A DNA stretch of 64,000 nt from Dehalococcoidia bacterium (GCA_965217625.1 OZ244557.1:1341827-1405826), one strand, 5' to 3'. Positions 8,840 to 19,049 are shown, counted from the first letter of the stretch. Notes: generated by a model from the letters alone, not told the origin. Numbers and translations are program-made.

Positions 8840-9382
8840 ATGACGACAGCGAGTCCGACTCAGAATCTGGTGATCCTCGACCCCACCGACGAGCGCGAGC
8901 CCGTGCGCCGCGAGCTGACGCAGCGGCCGGAGTCGATCAGCGGCACGATCGCGCTGCTCGACATCTCCAAGCCGCGCGGCGACGTGTTCCTGGACCGGCT
9001 GGAGTCGCTCATCGCGGAGCGGCTGCCCGGCGTCGCGACGAAGCGCTACATGAAGCCCACCGTCGCGCGCCCGGTGCCCGACGACATCAAGCAGTCGATC
9101 CGACAGGAGGCCGACTTCGTCATCGAAGCCTTGGCCGATTGAGGGTCCTGCACGACGTGCAGTGTGCACGACACCGTCTACTTCGAAACCCAGGGCATCC
9201 CCTCGGTCTTCGTGCTGACCAACGAGTTCGAGGGCGCCGCGCAGACCCAGGCCGACGCGCTGGGCCTGCCCGACGTGCGCCGGGTGGTCGTCCCGCACCC
9301 CATGCAGGACCGCACCGATGATGAGATGCACGCGCGGGCGGAAGCCGTCGTGGAGCAACTGATGGAGGCGCTGACCGCCTAG
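8840..9382 (+). CDS. UGSC-family selenoprotein (in-frame TGA at 9140..9142 read as selenocysteine)
   Basis: ORFs 8840..9142 and 9164..9382 are in the same frame and separated only by TGA. The codons after the TGA are GGG TCC TGC, giving the U-G-S-C motif. A stable hairpin begins 6 nt after the UGA. ATG 8840 is preceded by a ggagagagg RBS. Confidence 0.6.
9148..9175 (+). promoter_or_regulatory. candidate bacterial SECIS stem-loop downstream of UGA
   Basis: CTGCAC-GAC-GTGCAG is a perfect 6-bp stem with a G-containing loop. The alternative pairing GTGCA-GTG-TGCAC and the direct repeat TGCACGAC x2 are also present. Spacing from the UGA is appropriate for SelB-dependent recoding. Confidence 0.4.
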
Positions 9383-9414
9383 CGGTCGCGCGTCGCAGTC
9401 CGGGCTGAGGTCGC

Positions 9415-10431
9415 ATGGCGAAATTCACGGTCTATCACACCGCGCGGACAGAGATGCCGCCGGTGGAGCACGAAATCCTCTCGACGATCGACGCGGAGAT
9501 CCGCCTGATCGCGCCCGGCAAGTCCGCCGCCGAACTGGCCTCGCTGATGCCGGACGCGGACGGCGTATTCGTCGTGTACGCGCCGATCACGGCCGAAGTC
9601 CTCGACGGGATGCCCAACTGCAAGGTCGTCGTGCGATACGGCGTGGGCGTCGACACGCTGGACCTGGACGCCGCGACGGAGCGGGGCGTGATCTGCGCGC
9701 ACGTGCCGGACGTGCACCGGCGCGAGGTCGCCAACCACGCGCTGATGCTGATGCTGGCGGTCACGCGCAAGCTGATCCGGCAAGACCGCGCGATCCGGGC
9801 CGGCGGCTGGACGATCGACGGGCTCGCGCCGACGCCGGAGCTCTACGGGCAGACGCTGGGGCTGGTGGCCTGCGGGCCCATCGCCCGGCTCATGGCCGAG
9901 CGCGGGCGGGCGCTGTCGATGCGCGTGGTGGGCTACGACCCGTACGAGGACGCCGCCCGCGTGGCCGCGGCGGGGATCGAGCTGCAGCCGTCGCTGGAGG
10001 CGGTGCTGAGCCAGTCCGACGTGGTCAGCGTGCACGCGCCCCACACCCCGGAGACCGAGCACATGATCGACGCGGCGGCGCTGGCCCGGATGAAGCCGTC
10101 CGCGTACCTGCTGAACACGGCGCGCGGCCCCGTCATCGACGAGGCGGCGCTGATCGCGGCGCTGCAATCGGGGGCGATCGCGGGCGCGGGCCTGGATGTG
10201 TTCGAGCAGGAGCCGATGACCGCCGACAACCCGCTGCGGTCGATGGACAACGTGGTGCTGACGCCGCACACCGCCTATTACTCGGACCGCGCCTCCGCGA
10301 CGATCATCCGCCGCGCGGCGGAGAGCATGGCGCACGTGCTGACCGGGCACTGGCCACGCTTCGTGGCGAACAAGGGCGTGCTCGGCAAGCTCGACCTGAA
10401 GCCCTGCCCGGATCCGCCCGACGATCCATAG
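9415..10431 (+). CDS. D-isomer-specific 2-hydroxyacid dehydrogenase (PGDH/GyaR-like)
   Basis: It has the GVGVDTLDLDAATERGV catalytic-domain motif and an NAD-binding GLVACGPIARLMAER region. Length is typical for the family. Confidence 0.85.
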   Translation: MAKFTVYHTARTEMPPVEHEILSTIDAEIRLIAPGKSAAELASLMPDADGVFVVYAPITAEVLDGMPNCKVVVRYGVGVDTLDLDAATERGVICAHVPDVHRREVANHALMLMLAVTRKLIRQDRAIRAGGWTIDGLAPTPELYGQTLGLVACGPIARLMAERGRALSMRVVGYDPYEDAARVAAAGIELQPSLEAVLSQSDVVSVHAPHTPETEHMIDAAALARMKPSAYLLNTARGPVIDEAALIAALQSGAIAGAGLDVFEQEPMTADNPLRSMDNVVLTPHTAYYSDRASATIIRRAAESMAHVLTGHWPRFVANKGVLGKLDLKPCPDPPDDP

Positions 10432-10501
10432 CTGCTCGGCGTCTGTCCGGGACGGTCTGCCCGGCGCGTCGGCGGTTGGCCCGATCGGAAAGGAAACCGC
10501 G

Positions 10502-11734
10502 ATGACCAGCGTCGTGCAGCCAGCCATTGAAGTGCGTCCGGTGAACCCCGAGGAGCTGGAGGCGTTCGGCTACGTCACGCATACGACGCTGGCCAGCCAC
10601 GGCAACGAGGGCTTCAACGACCCGATGGTCGACATGCGGCCGGAGTGGACCCTGTGCGTGTTCGAGGACGGGGCGCTGGTGACGGCGTTCGCGGCCTGGC
10701 CGTTCTCGATGCGCTGGAACGGCGAGCGCGTGCACGTGGCGGGCGTGACGTCGGTGGGGACGCTGCCGCACAAGCGGCGCCGGGGGCACCTGACGCGGGC
10801 GATGACGACGGCGTTCGGCAACTACCGCGACGCGGCGCAGCCGATCGCGATCCTGCACGCGTCGCAGGCGGCCATCTATCAGCGCTACGGCTACGCGATC
10901 ATCGCGCCGGTGCAGGACTACGCGGTGGACCCGCGGGATATCAACTTCGTGGGCGGCCCGCGCCCGCGGGGCACGGTGCGCTTGGGCGACACGTCGGAGC
11001 GCGACCTGCTCAAGTCGCTGTACCGGACCTACGCCGGGCCGCGCACGGGGCTGCTGCATCGGGGCGACGCGCTCTGGGACGGGGGCATGCTCGACGAGCA
11101 CGACAAGCAGGCGGGCCCCGTCTACGCGGCGTTCTACGAGGAGGACGGGCAGGCGCAGGGCTACGCGCTGTACCTGACCCGGGCCGGCGAGGAGGGGGGC
11201 GTGGTGGACCGCAACCACGTCGTCACGCTGCGGGAGTTGCACGCCTTGACGGCGCCGGCCTACGTGGCGCTGTGGGAGCACGTGGCGGCGCACGATCTGG
11301 CGAACACGATCGTCCGCAAGAGCGCCCCCATCGACGACCCGTTGTTCCACATGCTGCAGGAGCCGCGCCGTCTGCACGCCACCGTGCACGACAACATCCT
11401 GCTGCGCATCGTCGACGTGGCGCCGGCGCTGAGCGCGCGCGGCTACGCCGAAGCGGGCGCGGCGACGTTCGAGCTGGTCGACGACCGCTGCGAGTGGAAC
11501 CGGGGCACGTGGCGGCTCGAGGCGGACGGCGAGCGCGGAGAGCTGACCCGATCCTCGGCGGCGCCGGACTTCACGCTCGACGCGCGCGCCTTGAGCGCCC
11601 TGGCGAGCGGCGCCCGATCGGCCACCGACCTCTACCGGCAGGGCGGGCTGGAGACGTCGCACCCGGAGTCGCTGCGGACCTGGGACCGGCTCTTCGCGAC
11701 GGCCTACCGTCCGCACTGCCCGGACCGCTTCTAG
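10502..11734 (+). CDS. Eis-like GNAT N-acetyltransferase with C-terminal SCP2-like domain
   Basis: About 410 aa, with an N-terminal GNAT fold (RRRGHLTRAMTTAF) and a second GNAT-like plus C-terminal domain architecture like the Eis family. Confidence 0.7.
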   Translation: MTSVVQPAIEVRPVNPEELEAFGYVTHTTLASHGNEGFNDPMVDMRPEWTLCVFEDGALVTAFAAWPFSMRWNGERVHVAGVTSVGTLPHKRRRGHLTRAMTTAFGNYRDAAQPIAILHASQAAIYQRYGYAIIAPVQDYAVDPRDINFVGGPRPRGTVRLGDTSERDLLKSLYRTYAGPRTGLLHRGDALWDGGMLDEHDKQAGPVYAAFYEEDGQAQGYALYLTRAGEEGGVVDRNHVVTLRELHALTAPAYVALWEHVAAHDLANTIVRKSAPIDDPLFHMLQEPRRLHATVHDNILLRIVDVAPALSARGYAEAGAATFELVDDRCEWNRGTWRLEADGERGELTRSSAAPDFTLDARALSALASGARSATDLYRQGGLETSHPESLRTWDRLFATAYRPHCPDRF

Positions 11735-11909
11735 CGGCCCTACAGGGGCGCCGGATCGGCCGGCGGCGTTTGCATCGACTGGGGCGCCCTGATACCAAGA
11801 ACGCGCCGACGAGACGGGCGGACGCGGGGCATCAAAGGCGGTGCCCGGCGGCCCACGGACCACGGAGCGGCCCCCAGACGGGCCTTGCAGGCGGAAGGGA
11901 TCGAACGCC

Positions 11910-12494
11910 ATGACGACGCTGGATCGCATCGTGGAGCGCTGGAATCTGCAGCGGCACCCGTTCTACACAGCCTGGTCGGCGGGGACGCTGCCGGCGTCGG
12001 CGCTGCGGCACTACGCGGCCGAGTGGGGCGCGTTCATCGGCGCGGTGCCGGACGGCTGGCGCACCCTGGGCGCCGACGACCACGCGGCGGAGGAGGTGGA
12101 GCACGCGGCGCTGTGGGGCGAGTTCGCGTCGGACTTGGGCGTGGAGGTGCGGGCGGAGCCACATGGCGAGGCCGGCCGGGCGCTCGTCGCGACGGCGCAG
12201 CGGCTGTTCGCCGAGCCGGCGACGGCGATCGGGGCGCTGTTCGCGTTCGAAGCGCGGCAGCCGCTGACGGCGGAGGCCAAGCTGCAGGGGTTGAACGAGC
12301 ACTACGCGTCGCTGGGGACGCCGGGGCGCTACTTCGCCGTCCACGCCAGCGACTACGGCGAGGCCGCCATGCTGCGGGAGATGGCGGCCTCGCTGACGCC
12401 GCCGCAGCGGGAGCGGTCGGAGTCGGCCTGCGCGGAGCTGGGCGAGGCGCTGTGGACGGCGCTGAGCGGCGTGCAGGAAACCGCGGGCTGCTAG
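11910..12494 (+). CDS. heme-oxygenase-like fold protein (PqqC/TenA/CADD-type iron-containing redox enzyme family)
   Basis: RHPFYTAWSAGTLPASALRHYAAEWGAFI resembles the PqqC-like N-terminal helix. The protein is ~195 aa. An ATG at 11910 lies within the longer six-frame ORF. Confidence 0.55.
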   Translation: MTTLDRIVERWNLQRHPFYTAWSAGTLPASALRHYAAEWGAFIGAVPDGWRTLGADDHAAEEVEHAALWGEFASDLGVEVRAEPHGEAGRALVATAQRLFAEPATAIGALFAFEARQPLTAEAKLQGLNEHYASLGTPGRYFAVHASDYGEAAMLREMAASLTPPQRERSESACAELGEALWTALSGVQETAGC

Positions 12495-12577
12495 CTGCGC
12501 GGTCGCGGACACAGTAGCGACGGCGCGCGCGGCAACGACCGCCGGCGCCGCTCGCACGGCGCACGAAGGAGACGCAC

Positions 12578-13765
12578 ATGCCCCAGATCGGCCTGACGCC
12601 CGAGGTCCGCGAACTCAAGGACAAGATGAAGGAGTTCATCAACGGGACGGTGATCCCCGCCGAGCCGGTCCTCATGCAGGACGACGAGGAATCCGCCCGG
12701 ACGATGGCCGGGATCAAGCAGGCGGCCAAGGATCAGGACCTCTGGGCGCTGGGCCATCCGCTGGAGATCGGCGGCGCCGGCCTGGGCTTCATGCCCTTCG
12801 TGCACCTGAACGAGGTGATCGGTCGCTCGCACTTCGGGTCCCACGCAGTGGGGTCCGCATCGATGCAGGACTCGATCATGCTGCACCTTTACGCGAGCGA
12901 GGATCAGAAGGCGAAGTGGCTGGCGCCGCTGGTCGCAGGCGATATCTATCCCTCGGTGGGGCTGACGGAGCCGGAGGTCGCGGGGTCGGATCCGACGCTG
13001 ATGCAGACGCGCGCCGTTCGCGACGGGGACGAGTGGGTGATCAACGGCCACAAGTGGTTCACCAGCGGCGCCTCGCGGGCCGCCTTCACGACCTGCTTCG
13101 CGATGACCAACCCGCAGGCGGCGACGAAGTGGGACCGCTTCTCGTCGATCATCGTGCCCACGGACACGCCGGGGTACGAGATCGTGCGGGCCATCCCGAC
13201 GATGGGCACCACGCAAGGCCAGCACTGCGAGGTGAAGTACCACGACGTGCGCGTGCCCGCGACGAACCTCTTGGGGCCCGAGGGCAAGGGCTTCCTGATC
13301 GCGCAGAAGCGACTGGGGCCGGGCCGCATCTTCCACTGCATGCGCTGGCTGGGTCAGGCAGAGCGGGCCTTCGAGCTGATGTGCGAGCGGGCCAAGGCGC
13401 GCTGGTCGCACGGCTCGTATCTGGCGGAGAAGGGCGACATCCGGACCTGGATCGCCGACTCGGCGGCGGAGATTCAGGCCGCCCGCATGATGACGCTCGA
13501 CGCCGCGCGGGCCTACGACGAGGGCGACGAGGCGCGCGTCGAGATCGGCATGATCAAGTTCTGGGGCGGGCACGTGCTGCACAACGTGATCGATCGGGCG
13601 ATTCAGGTACACGGAGCGCTGGGCGTGACGAGCGACACGCCGCTGGAGTTCATGTACCGCGAGGCGCGCTACGCGCGCCTCTACGATGGCCCGGACGAGG
13701 TGCACAAGATGACCGTCGCGCGGCGCCTGCTGCGCGACCCCTTCAACAACGTGCCCTGGCGCTAG
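12578..13765 (+). CDS. acyl-CoA dehydrogenase
   Basis: It has the three-domain ACAD architecture, a WFTSGA motif region and a C-terminal catalytic-base region, at a typical 395 aa. Confidence 0.9.
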   Translation: MPQIGLTPEVRELKDKMKEFINGTVIPAEPVLMQDDEESARTMAGIKQAAKDQDLWALGHPLEIGGAGLGFMPFVHLNEVIGRSHFGSHAVGSASMQDSIMLHLYASEDQKAKWLAPLVAGDIYPSVGLTEPEVAGSDPTLMQTRAVRDGDEWVINGHKWFTSGASRAAFTTCFAMTNPQAATKWDRFSSIIVPTDTPGYEIVRAIPTMGTTQGQHCEVKYHDVRVPATNLLGPEGKGFLIAQKRLGPGRIFHCMRWLGQAERAFELMCERAKARWSHGSYLAEKGDIRTWIADSAAEIQAARMMTLDAARAYDEGDEARVEIGMIKFWGGHVLHNVIDRAIQVHGALGVTSDTPLEFMYREARYARLYDGPDEVHKMTVARRLLRDPFNNVPWR

Positions 13766-13806
13766 TCCGCGCGCCCGGCGCGGGCGGGATCGGGAAGGAG
13801 CCGGCC

Positions 13807-14589
13807 GTGAGTGAGATTCGCATCCGCCAGATCTGCCTGGTGGCGCACGACCTGGATCGGGTGCAGGCGCAGACGGAGTCGGTGTTCGGCGTGGAGCTCT
13901 GCTGGCGCGATCCGGCGATCCTCAAGATCCGGCTCAACCACACGCTGATCCCGTTCGGGGACCAGATCCTGGAGTGCGTATCGCCGCAGCCCGGCGAGTA
14001 CGACACGCCGGCCGAGCGCTACCTGCATCGGCGCGGCGGCGACGGCGGCTACATGGTGATCATGCAGGTGCCGGAGGCGTCGTATCCGTCCTACCGAGCA
14101 CGCGTGGAGGCGCTGCGCATCCCGATCATCGCGGAGCCGGGCGAGGACGGGAAGGGGCACGGCATCCAGCTGCACCCACGCGAGGTGCCGGGCGCGATCC
14201 CCGAGATCCGCTGGAACGTGGAGGAGGATCGCCCCGACGGCGCCTGGTGGCCGGCCGGCGAGAACTGGCAGCGCAAGAAGCACACGGCGATCGTCGACGG
14301 CATCCGGGCGGCGGAGATCCAGTGCCACGACCCCGCCGGCGCGGCGGCACGCTGGGGCGAGGTCCTGGATGAGCCGGTGGTGCGGGACGCGGAAGGCAAT
14401 CCGGCGCTGGCGCTGGCGGGGTCGGACCTGCGCTTCGTGCCGGCGCGGGACGGGCGCGGCCCGGGGTTGGGCGGTCTGGACATCAGCGCCACGAACCCCG
14501 CGCAGGCGCTGGCCAACGCCGAGGCGGAGGGCTGCCGCACCGGCGAGAACTTGATCACCATCTGCGGCATGCGCTTGCGGCTGGTCTGA
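13807..14589 (+). CDS. VOC-family (glyoxalase/bleomycin-resistance/dioxygenase-like) two-module protein
   Basis: A GTG start at 13807 follows an RBS. Paired betaabbb modules with His/Glu metal ligands place it in the VOC family. Confidence 0.6.
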   Translation: MSEIRIRQICLVAHDLDRVQAQTESVFGVELCWRDPAILKIRLNHTLIPFGDQILECVSPQPGEYDTPAERYLHRRGGDGGYMVIMQVPEASYPSYRARVEALRIPIIAEPGEDGKGHGIQLHPREVPGAIPEIRWNVEEDRPDGAWWPAGENWQRKKHTAIVDGIRAAEIQCHDPAGAAARWGEVLDEPVVRDAEGNPALALAGSDLRFVPARDGRGPGLGGLDISATNPAQALANAEAEGCRTGENLITICGMRLRLV

Positions 14590-14624
14590 GAGGGCCACAC
14601 CAGCGGGACGGACGGAGGGTCGGC

Positions 14625-15442
<818 letters not shown>

Positions 15443-15446
<4 letters not shown>

Positions 15447-15904
15447 GACTCCTCGGCGATGTAGCGCGCGGGCCTGGCGCCGTAGCCGGCGTGGACCTGC
15501 GTCGGCGGTCGCCCGCTGGGCGCGCTGACGGCGGCCTCGACCGCCGCCGAGAGCCAGCGGTTGAGCGAGACCCCCTCGGCGGCGGCGACCAGCGCGGCGC
15601 GCGCGTGCACCGAGGGCAGCACGCGCAGCGAGATGCGGCCCTGGTAGCGGCCAGCCGCCAACGGCGGCGGGATCTCCTGTCCCTGCGCCAACTGCGACTC
15701 CACCCACAAGCCCATCGCCTCTTCCAGCCCCTCCCAGGCGCTGGGCCCGTCCGGCCCGGCCGAGTAGCAGCCGGGAAACTCCAGCACTTCGGCGCTCACG
15801 CCGTCTTCGTCCCGGCGCAGGACCCGCGCATAGGGGGCGGCCAGGACCTCCGCCACGCGACGCTTCACATCCCACACGTTGCTCACGCCTTCACTCATGA
15901 CCAT
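15443..15904 (-). CDS. hicB: HicB-family antitoxin
   Basis: The N-terminal RNaseH-like HicB domain (AEVLEFPGCYSAGPDGPSAWEGLEEAM) is followed by a C-terminal RHH (SLRVLPSVHARAALVAAAEGVSLNRWL). It overlaps the upstream hicA by 10 bp. Confidence 0.7.
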
Positions 15905-16119
15905 CTCTCCATATCGTCAAGCACGCTGCGGTAGGTGTGCTTGTTGGGGTGCATGGGGATCACCAGCGTTCGTCCGTTCCGCTGCAGCACGATGTGGCTG
16001 CCCTTGCCCCGGCCCGGACGCTCCGTCCAGCCCAGCGCGAGGGCGGCGGCACGCAGATCCCGCGCCCTCAGATTGCCAAGCCTGCGCCGCAGCGCATCCA
16101 GGTCAACCGTACGTGCCAT
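15895..16119 (-). CDS. hicA: HicA-family mRNA interferase toxin
   Basis: A 74-aa protein with the GKGSHIVLQRNGRTLVIPMHPNKHTYRSVLDDM (GSH ... IP.H ... L) signature of the YcfA/HicA family. Confidence 0.7.
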   Translation of the reverse strand: MARTVDLDALRRRLGNLRARDLRAAALALGWTERPGRGKGSHIVLQRNGRTLVIPMHPNKHTYRSVLDDMERWS

Positions 16120-16485
16120 GACGTTATCCCCCTATCTCCCTGATGTCAATATTGATGTCACTCCCGCGACACGCGCCGTCCGGCGTCGCGACGACTCGTC
16201 TCACTATGGCGCATGCCGGTGGCTGCGATGTAGTCGTCCGGGCGCGGGGCCCGGGGCCGCGAGTCTACTGACTCGCAGCGACGGGACGCCGGGGGGACGG
16301 GGGCGGCGGGGGCACGGTGGAGGGGTTGTCGAGCAGGTCGTAGCCCGCGCTGAAGGCGGTGCCCGCCCCCTCGGAGAACACGCGGTCGTGGGGCCCGCGG
16401 CTGGGCCCCTCGATTTCGAGTGCCACGGTAGCGGCTCGGGCGCTCCGGGAGGAGCGGCCTTCACCAGCCCGGCCGACGGCGCCGG

Positions 16486-16818
16486 TCAGTCGTCGTCGTC
16501 CTCGTGCGATGCGTCGTCGTCGCCGGCCTCGTGTTCGCTAGCGTCGTCATCGTCGTGGCCGTCGTCATCGTCGTCATCACCGTCGTGATGACCGGCCTCA
16601 TCGACATCGTCTTCGCCGTCGTGGTGGCCGGCCGGATCGACGTCGCCGTCGCCGTCGGCGCCGTCGACGTGGCCCGCCCCGTCCTTGTCTCCGCCGCCGT
16701 GATGGCCGAACGGGTCGAGGTCGCCGTCGGTCGCCGCCGCGAGGCCCAACACGACAAGGCCCGCCACCAGCAGCGCGGCAATCGCCGCCGCGCCCATCCG
16801 TCTCGAAATCCGAAACAT
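16486..16818 (-). CDS. small secreted/membrane-anchored His- and Asp-rich acidic protein (putative periplasmic metal-binding protein)
   Basis: Start MFRISRRMGAAAIAALLVAGLVVLGLAAA is preceded by a strong AAGGAGGT RBS. The tail is repetitive: DxxGHHDG / GHVDGADGDGD ... DDDDDDGHDDDD. The six-frame ORF is over-extended upstream. Confidence 0.5.
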   Translation of the reverse strand: MFRISRRMGAAAIAALLVAGLVVLGLAAATDGDLDPFGHHGGGDKDGAGHVDGADGDGDVDPAGHHDGEDDVDEAGHHDGDDDDDDGHDDDDASEHEAGDDDASHEDDDD

Positions 16819-16977
16819 GACTACCTCCTTCGCGACCGGGATGTGTGGCTTCCGATCGCCTGACTCCAGTCTGCGCTCGCGGGATGAGAACCGCCTGAGA
16901 GCGAGATAGGAGTTCTTCGGGGCGACGCCCGGCCGGCCACTCATCGCGCTCTCATCAGGGTGCGCCATCATGGGGCC

Positions 16978-17646
16978 ATGCGCATTCTGTTCGCCGAGGA
17001 CGACGCACGGCTGGGCGCCCTGGTGACGCGCGTGCTGCGCGAAGAGGGGCACGTCGTGGAGTGGGTGCGGGACGGGGACGCGGCGGTGGCGCACCTCGCG
17101 GACGGCGGCTTCGACCTGGCGATCCTCGATGTGATGATGCCCGGCCGGGACGGCTTCCGCGTCGCGGCGGGGCGGCGCGCGCGGGGCGACGCCGTCCCCA
17201 TTCTGCTGCTCACCGCGCGCGGCGCGGTGGACGACCGGGTGCGCGGGCTCGATGCGGGGGCGGACGACTACCTCGTGAAGCCGTTCGCGATGCCGGAGCT
17301 GCTGGCGCGGGTGCGGGCGCTGGGCCGGCGGCCGAGCGCGGCGCCGTCGGAGACGTTGCGGGCCGGGGTCGTCGCGCTCGATACGCGGGCCCGGCGAGCG
17401 TCGGTGGCGGGGCGCGGGGTGGATCTGACCGCGCGCGAGTACGCGCTGCTGGAGTTGTTCCTGCGCAACCCGGGAGTCGTGCTGTCGCGGACGCAGATCC
17501 TCGATCGGGTGTGGTCGTACGACTACGACGGGGCGTCGAACATCGTGGAGACGTACGTCCGCTACCTGCGCCGGAAGCTGGGGGCGTCCAGCGGCATGAT
17601 CCGCACCGTGCGGGGCATGGGCTACCGGCTGGACGAGTCGCCGTGA
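16978..17646 (+). CDS. two-component response regulator, OmpR/PhoB family
   Basis: An MRILFAEDD REC domain with a DVMMPGRDG phosphoacceptor region, plus a C-terminal winged-helix (RTVRGMGYRL). Confidence 0.9.
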   Translation: MRILFAEDDARLGALVTRVLREEGHVVEWVRDGDAAVAHLADGGFDLAILDVMMPGRDGFRVAAGRRARGDAVPILLLTARGAVDDRVRGLDAGADDYLVKPFAMPELLARVRALGRRPSAAPSETLRAGVVALDTRARRASVAGRGVDLTAREYALLELFLRNPGVVLSRTQILDRVWSYDYDGASNIVETYVRYLRRKLGASSGMIRTVRGMGYRLDESP

Positions 17647-19049
17647 TTCGCCTGAGCCGGCGGCGGCGTCCCGCGAGCGCGTTCACCCGGGCGCGCCTGC
17701 GGCTGACCGCCTGGTACGCCGGTCTGCTGTTACTCGTGCTGGCGACCGTGGGGGCGCTGACGGTCGTGCTGATGACGCAGCGCCTGGACGACCAGGTCGA
17801 CTCGGCGCTGCGCGACGAGGTCCGGGCAGCGGCGCCGCGGCTGGGCCAGATCGTGGAGTTGGGCGGCGGCGCGCCGCTACCGGCGGTGCGGCCCGCACTG
17901 CCCGCGCGCGCCGAGGAGGACGCGGGCGCGGAGGACGACGACGATGACGGAGGCACGGAGACGCACGAGAGCGGGGAGCACGACACGGGGGACGGCGCGC
18001 TGCGCGAACTGGCGGAGCACGGGCAGACGCCGACGCATCAGCTGCTGCTGGACATCGACGGGCGTCTGCTGGAGAGCACGCTGACGGTGACGACCGCGCC
18101 GCTGCGCGCAGCGGTGCGCGCCGCCGCGGGGGCCGGGATCGATCGGCGCACGATCGACATCGGGCGGGAGCGGATCCGCGTGCGCACCGAGCAGGTCTCG
18201 CTGGGTGGCGAGGCGATCGGCTACGTGCAGGCGTTCCGATCGCTGGAGCGCCGCGACCAGACCGCCGCCGACCTGATCCAGATCTTCCTCATCGCCGGTG
18301 GCGTGGCCGGGCTGGCGGCAGTCGGGGCCGGATTCTGGCTGTCGGGCCGGGCGCTGGCGCCGATCCGGCGCAACCTGGAGGCCCAGCGGCGCTTCGTCGC
18401 CGACGCGTCGCACGAACTGCGGACGCCGATCGCCGTCGTGCAGAGCTCCGCCGACGTGCTGCTGCGCCACCCGGGGCACACGCTGGCGGAGGAGCAAGGC
18501 GTGGTGGAGGGCATCCGCGAGGAGGCGGCGCGGATGGGCGCGCTGGTGCGCGATCTGCTCGACCTGGGCACGGTCGACCAGGTCCCGCTAACCACGCGTC
18601 CAGTCGATCTGCGCGCGATCGCGGTCGAAGCAGTGCGCGCGATCGAACCGCAGACGCAGGCGGCGGCCGTGAGCCTATCGGTCGAAGCGGGAGGGGCGGT
18701 GCGGGCCTTGGGCGACGCCGCGGCGCTCTCGCAGGTCGTGCGCATCCTGCTCGACAACGCGATCAAGCACACGGGGCCCGGAACGCGGGTGCGCGTCTCG
18801 GTGGCGACCGTCGGACGCACGGCCGAGTTGCGCGTCGCCGACGACGGGCCGGGGATTCCGGCCGCCGACCGGGCGCGGGTGTTCGAACGCTTCGCGCGGC
18901 TCGACGCCGCGCGGGCGCGGGCGTCGGGCAGCAGCGGCCTGGGCCTGGCGATCGCCCGGGCGATCGCCGACCGGCTCGGGGGCACTCTGGAGTTGGAGGC
19001 GTCGCAGGAGCCGGGCGCGAGCTTCGTGATCCGCTTGCCGCGCGCCTAG
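17643..19049 (+). CDS. sensor histidine kinase (HAMP-HisKA-HATPase_c)
   Basis: GTG 17643 overlaps the RR stop as GTGA. It has an H-box SHELRTPIAVV, N/G boxes (LLDNAIKHT, DDGPGIP, GSSGLGLAIAR), and an acidic/His-containing periplasmic loop. Confidence 0.85.
   Translation: MIRLSRRRRPASAFTRARLRLTAWYAGLLLLVLATVGALTVVLMTQRLDDQVDSALRDEVRAAAPRLGQIVELGGGAPLPAVRPALPARAEEDAGAEDDDDDGGTETHESGEHDTGDGALRELAEHGQTPTHQLLLDIDGRLLESTLTVTTAPLRAAVRAAAGAGIDRRTIDIGRERIRVRTEQVSLGGEAIGYVQAFRSLERRDQTAADLIQIFLIAGGVAGLAAVGAGFWLSGRALAPIRRNLEAQRRFVADASHELRTPIAVVQSSADVLLRHPGHTLAEEQGVVEGIREEAARMGALVRDLLDLGTVDQVPLTTRPVDLRAIAVEAVRAIEPQTQAAAVSLSVEAGGAVRALGDAAALSQVVRILLDNAIKHTGPGTRVRVSVATVGRTAELRVADDGPGIPAADRARVFERFARLDAARARASGSSGLGLAIARAIADRLGGTLELEASQEPGASFVIRLPRA

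Noticed and set aside
5811-9358. 494-aa and 687-aa minus-strand ORFs (5811..7295, 7295..9358)
   Set aside because: They are antisense to the paralogous tandem genes and the selenoprotein. They are low-complexity with no motifs.
9164-9382. Treating 9164..9382 as an independent 72-aa gene starting at GTG
   Set aside because: It is in the same frame as 8840..9142. There is no RBS before 9164. The G-S-C codons and hairpin directly after the TGA favour a single Sec-containing gene.
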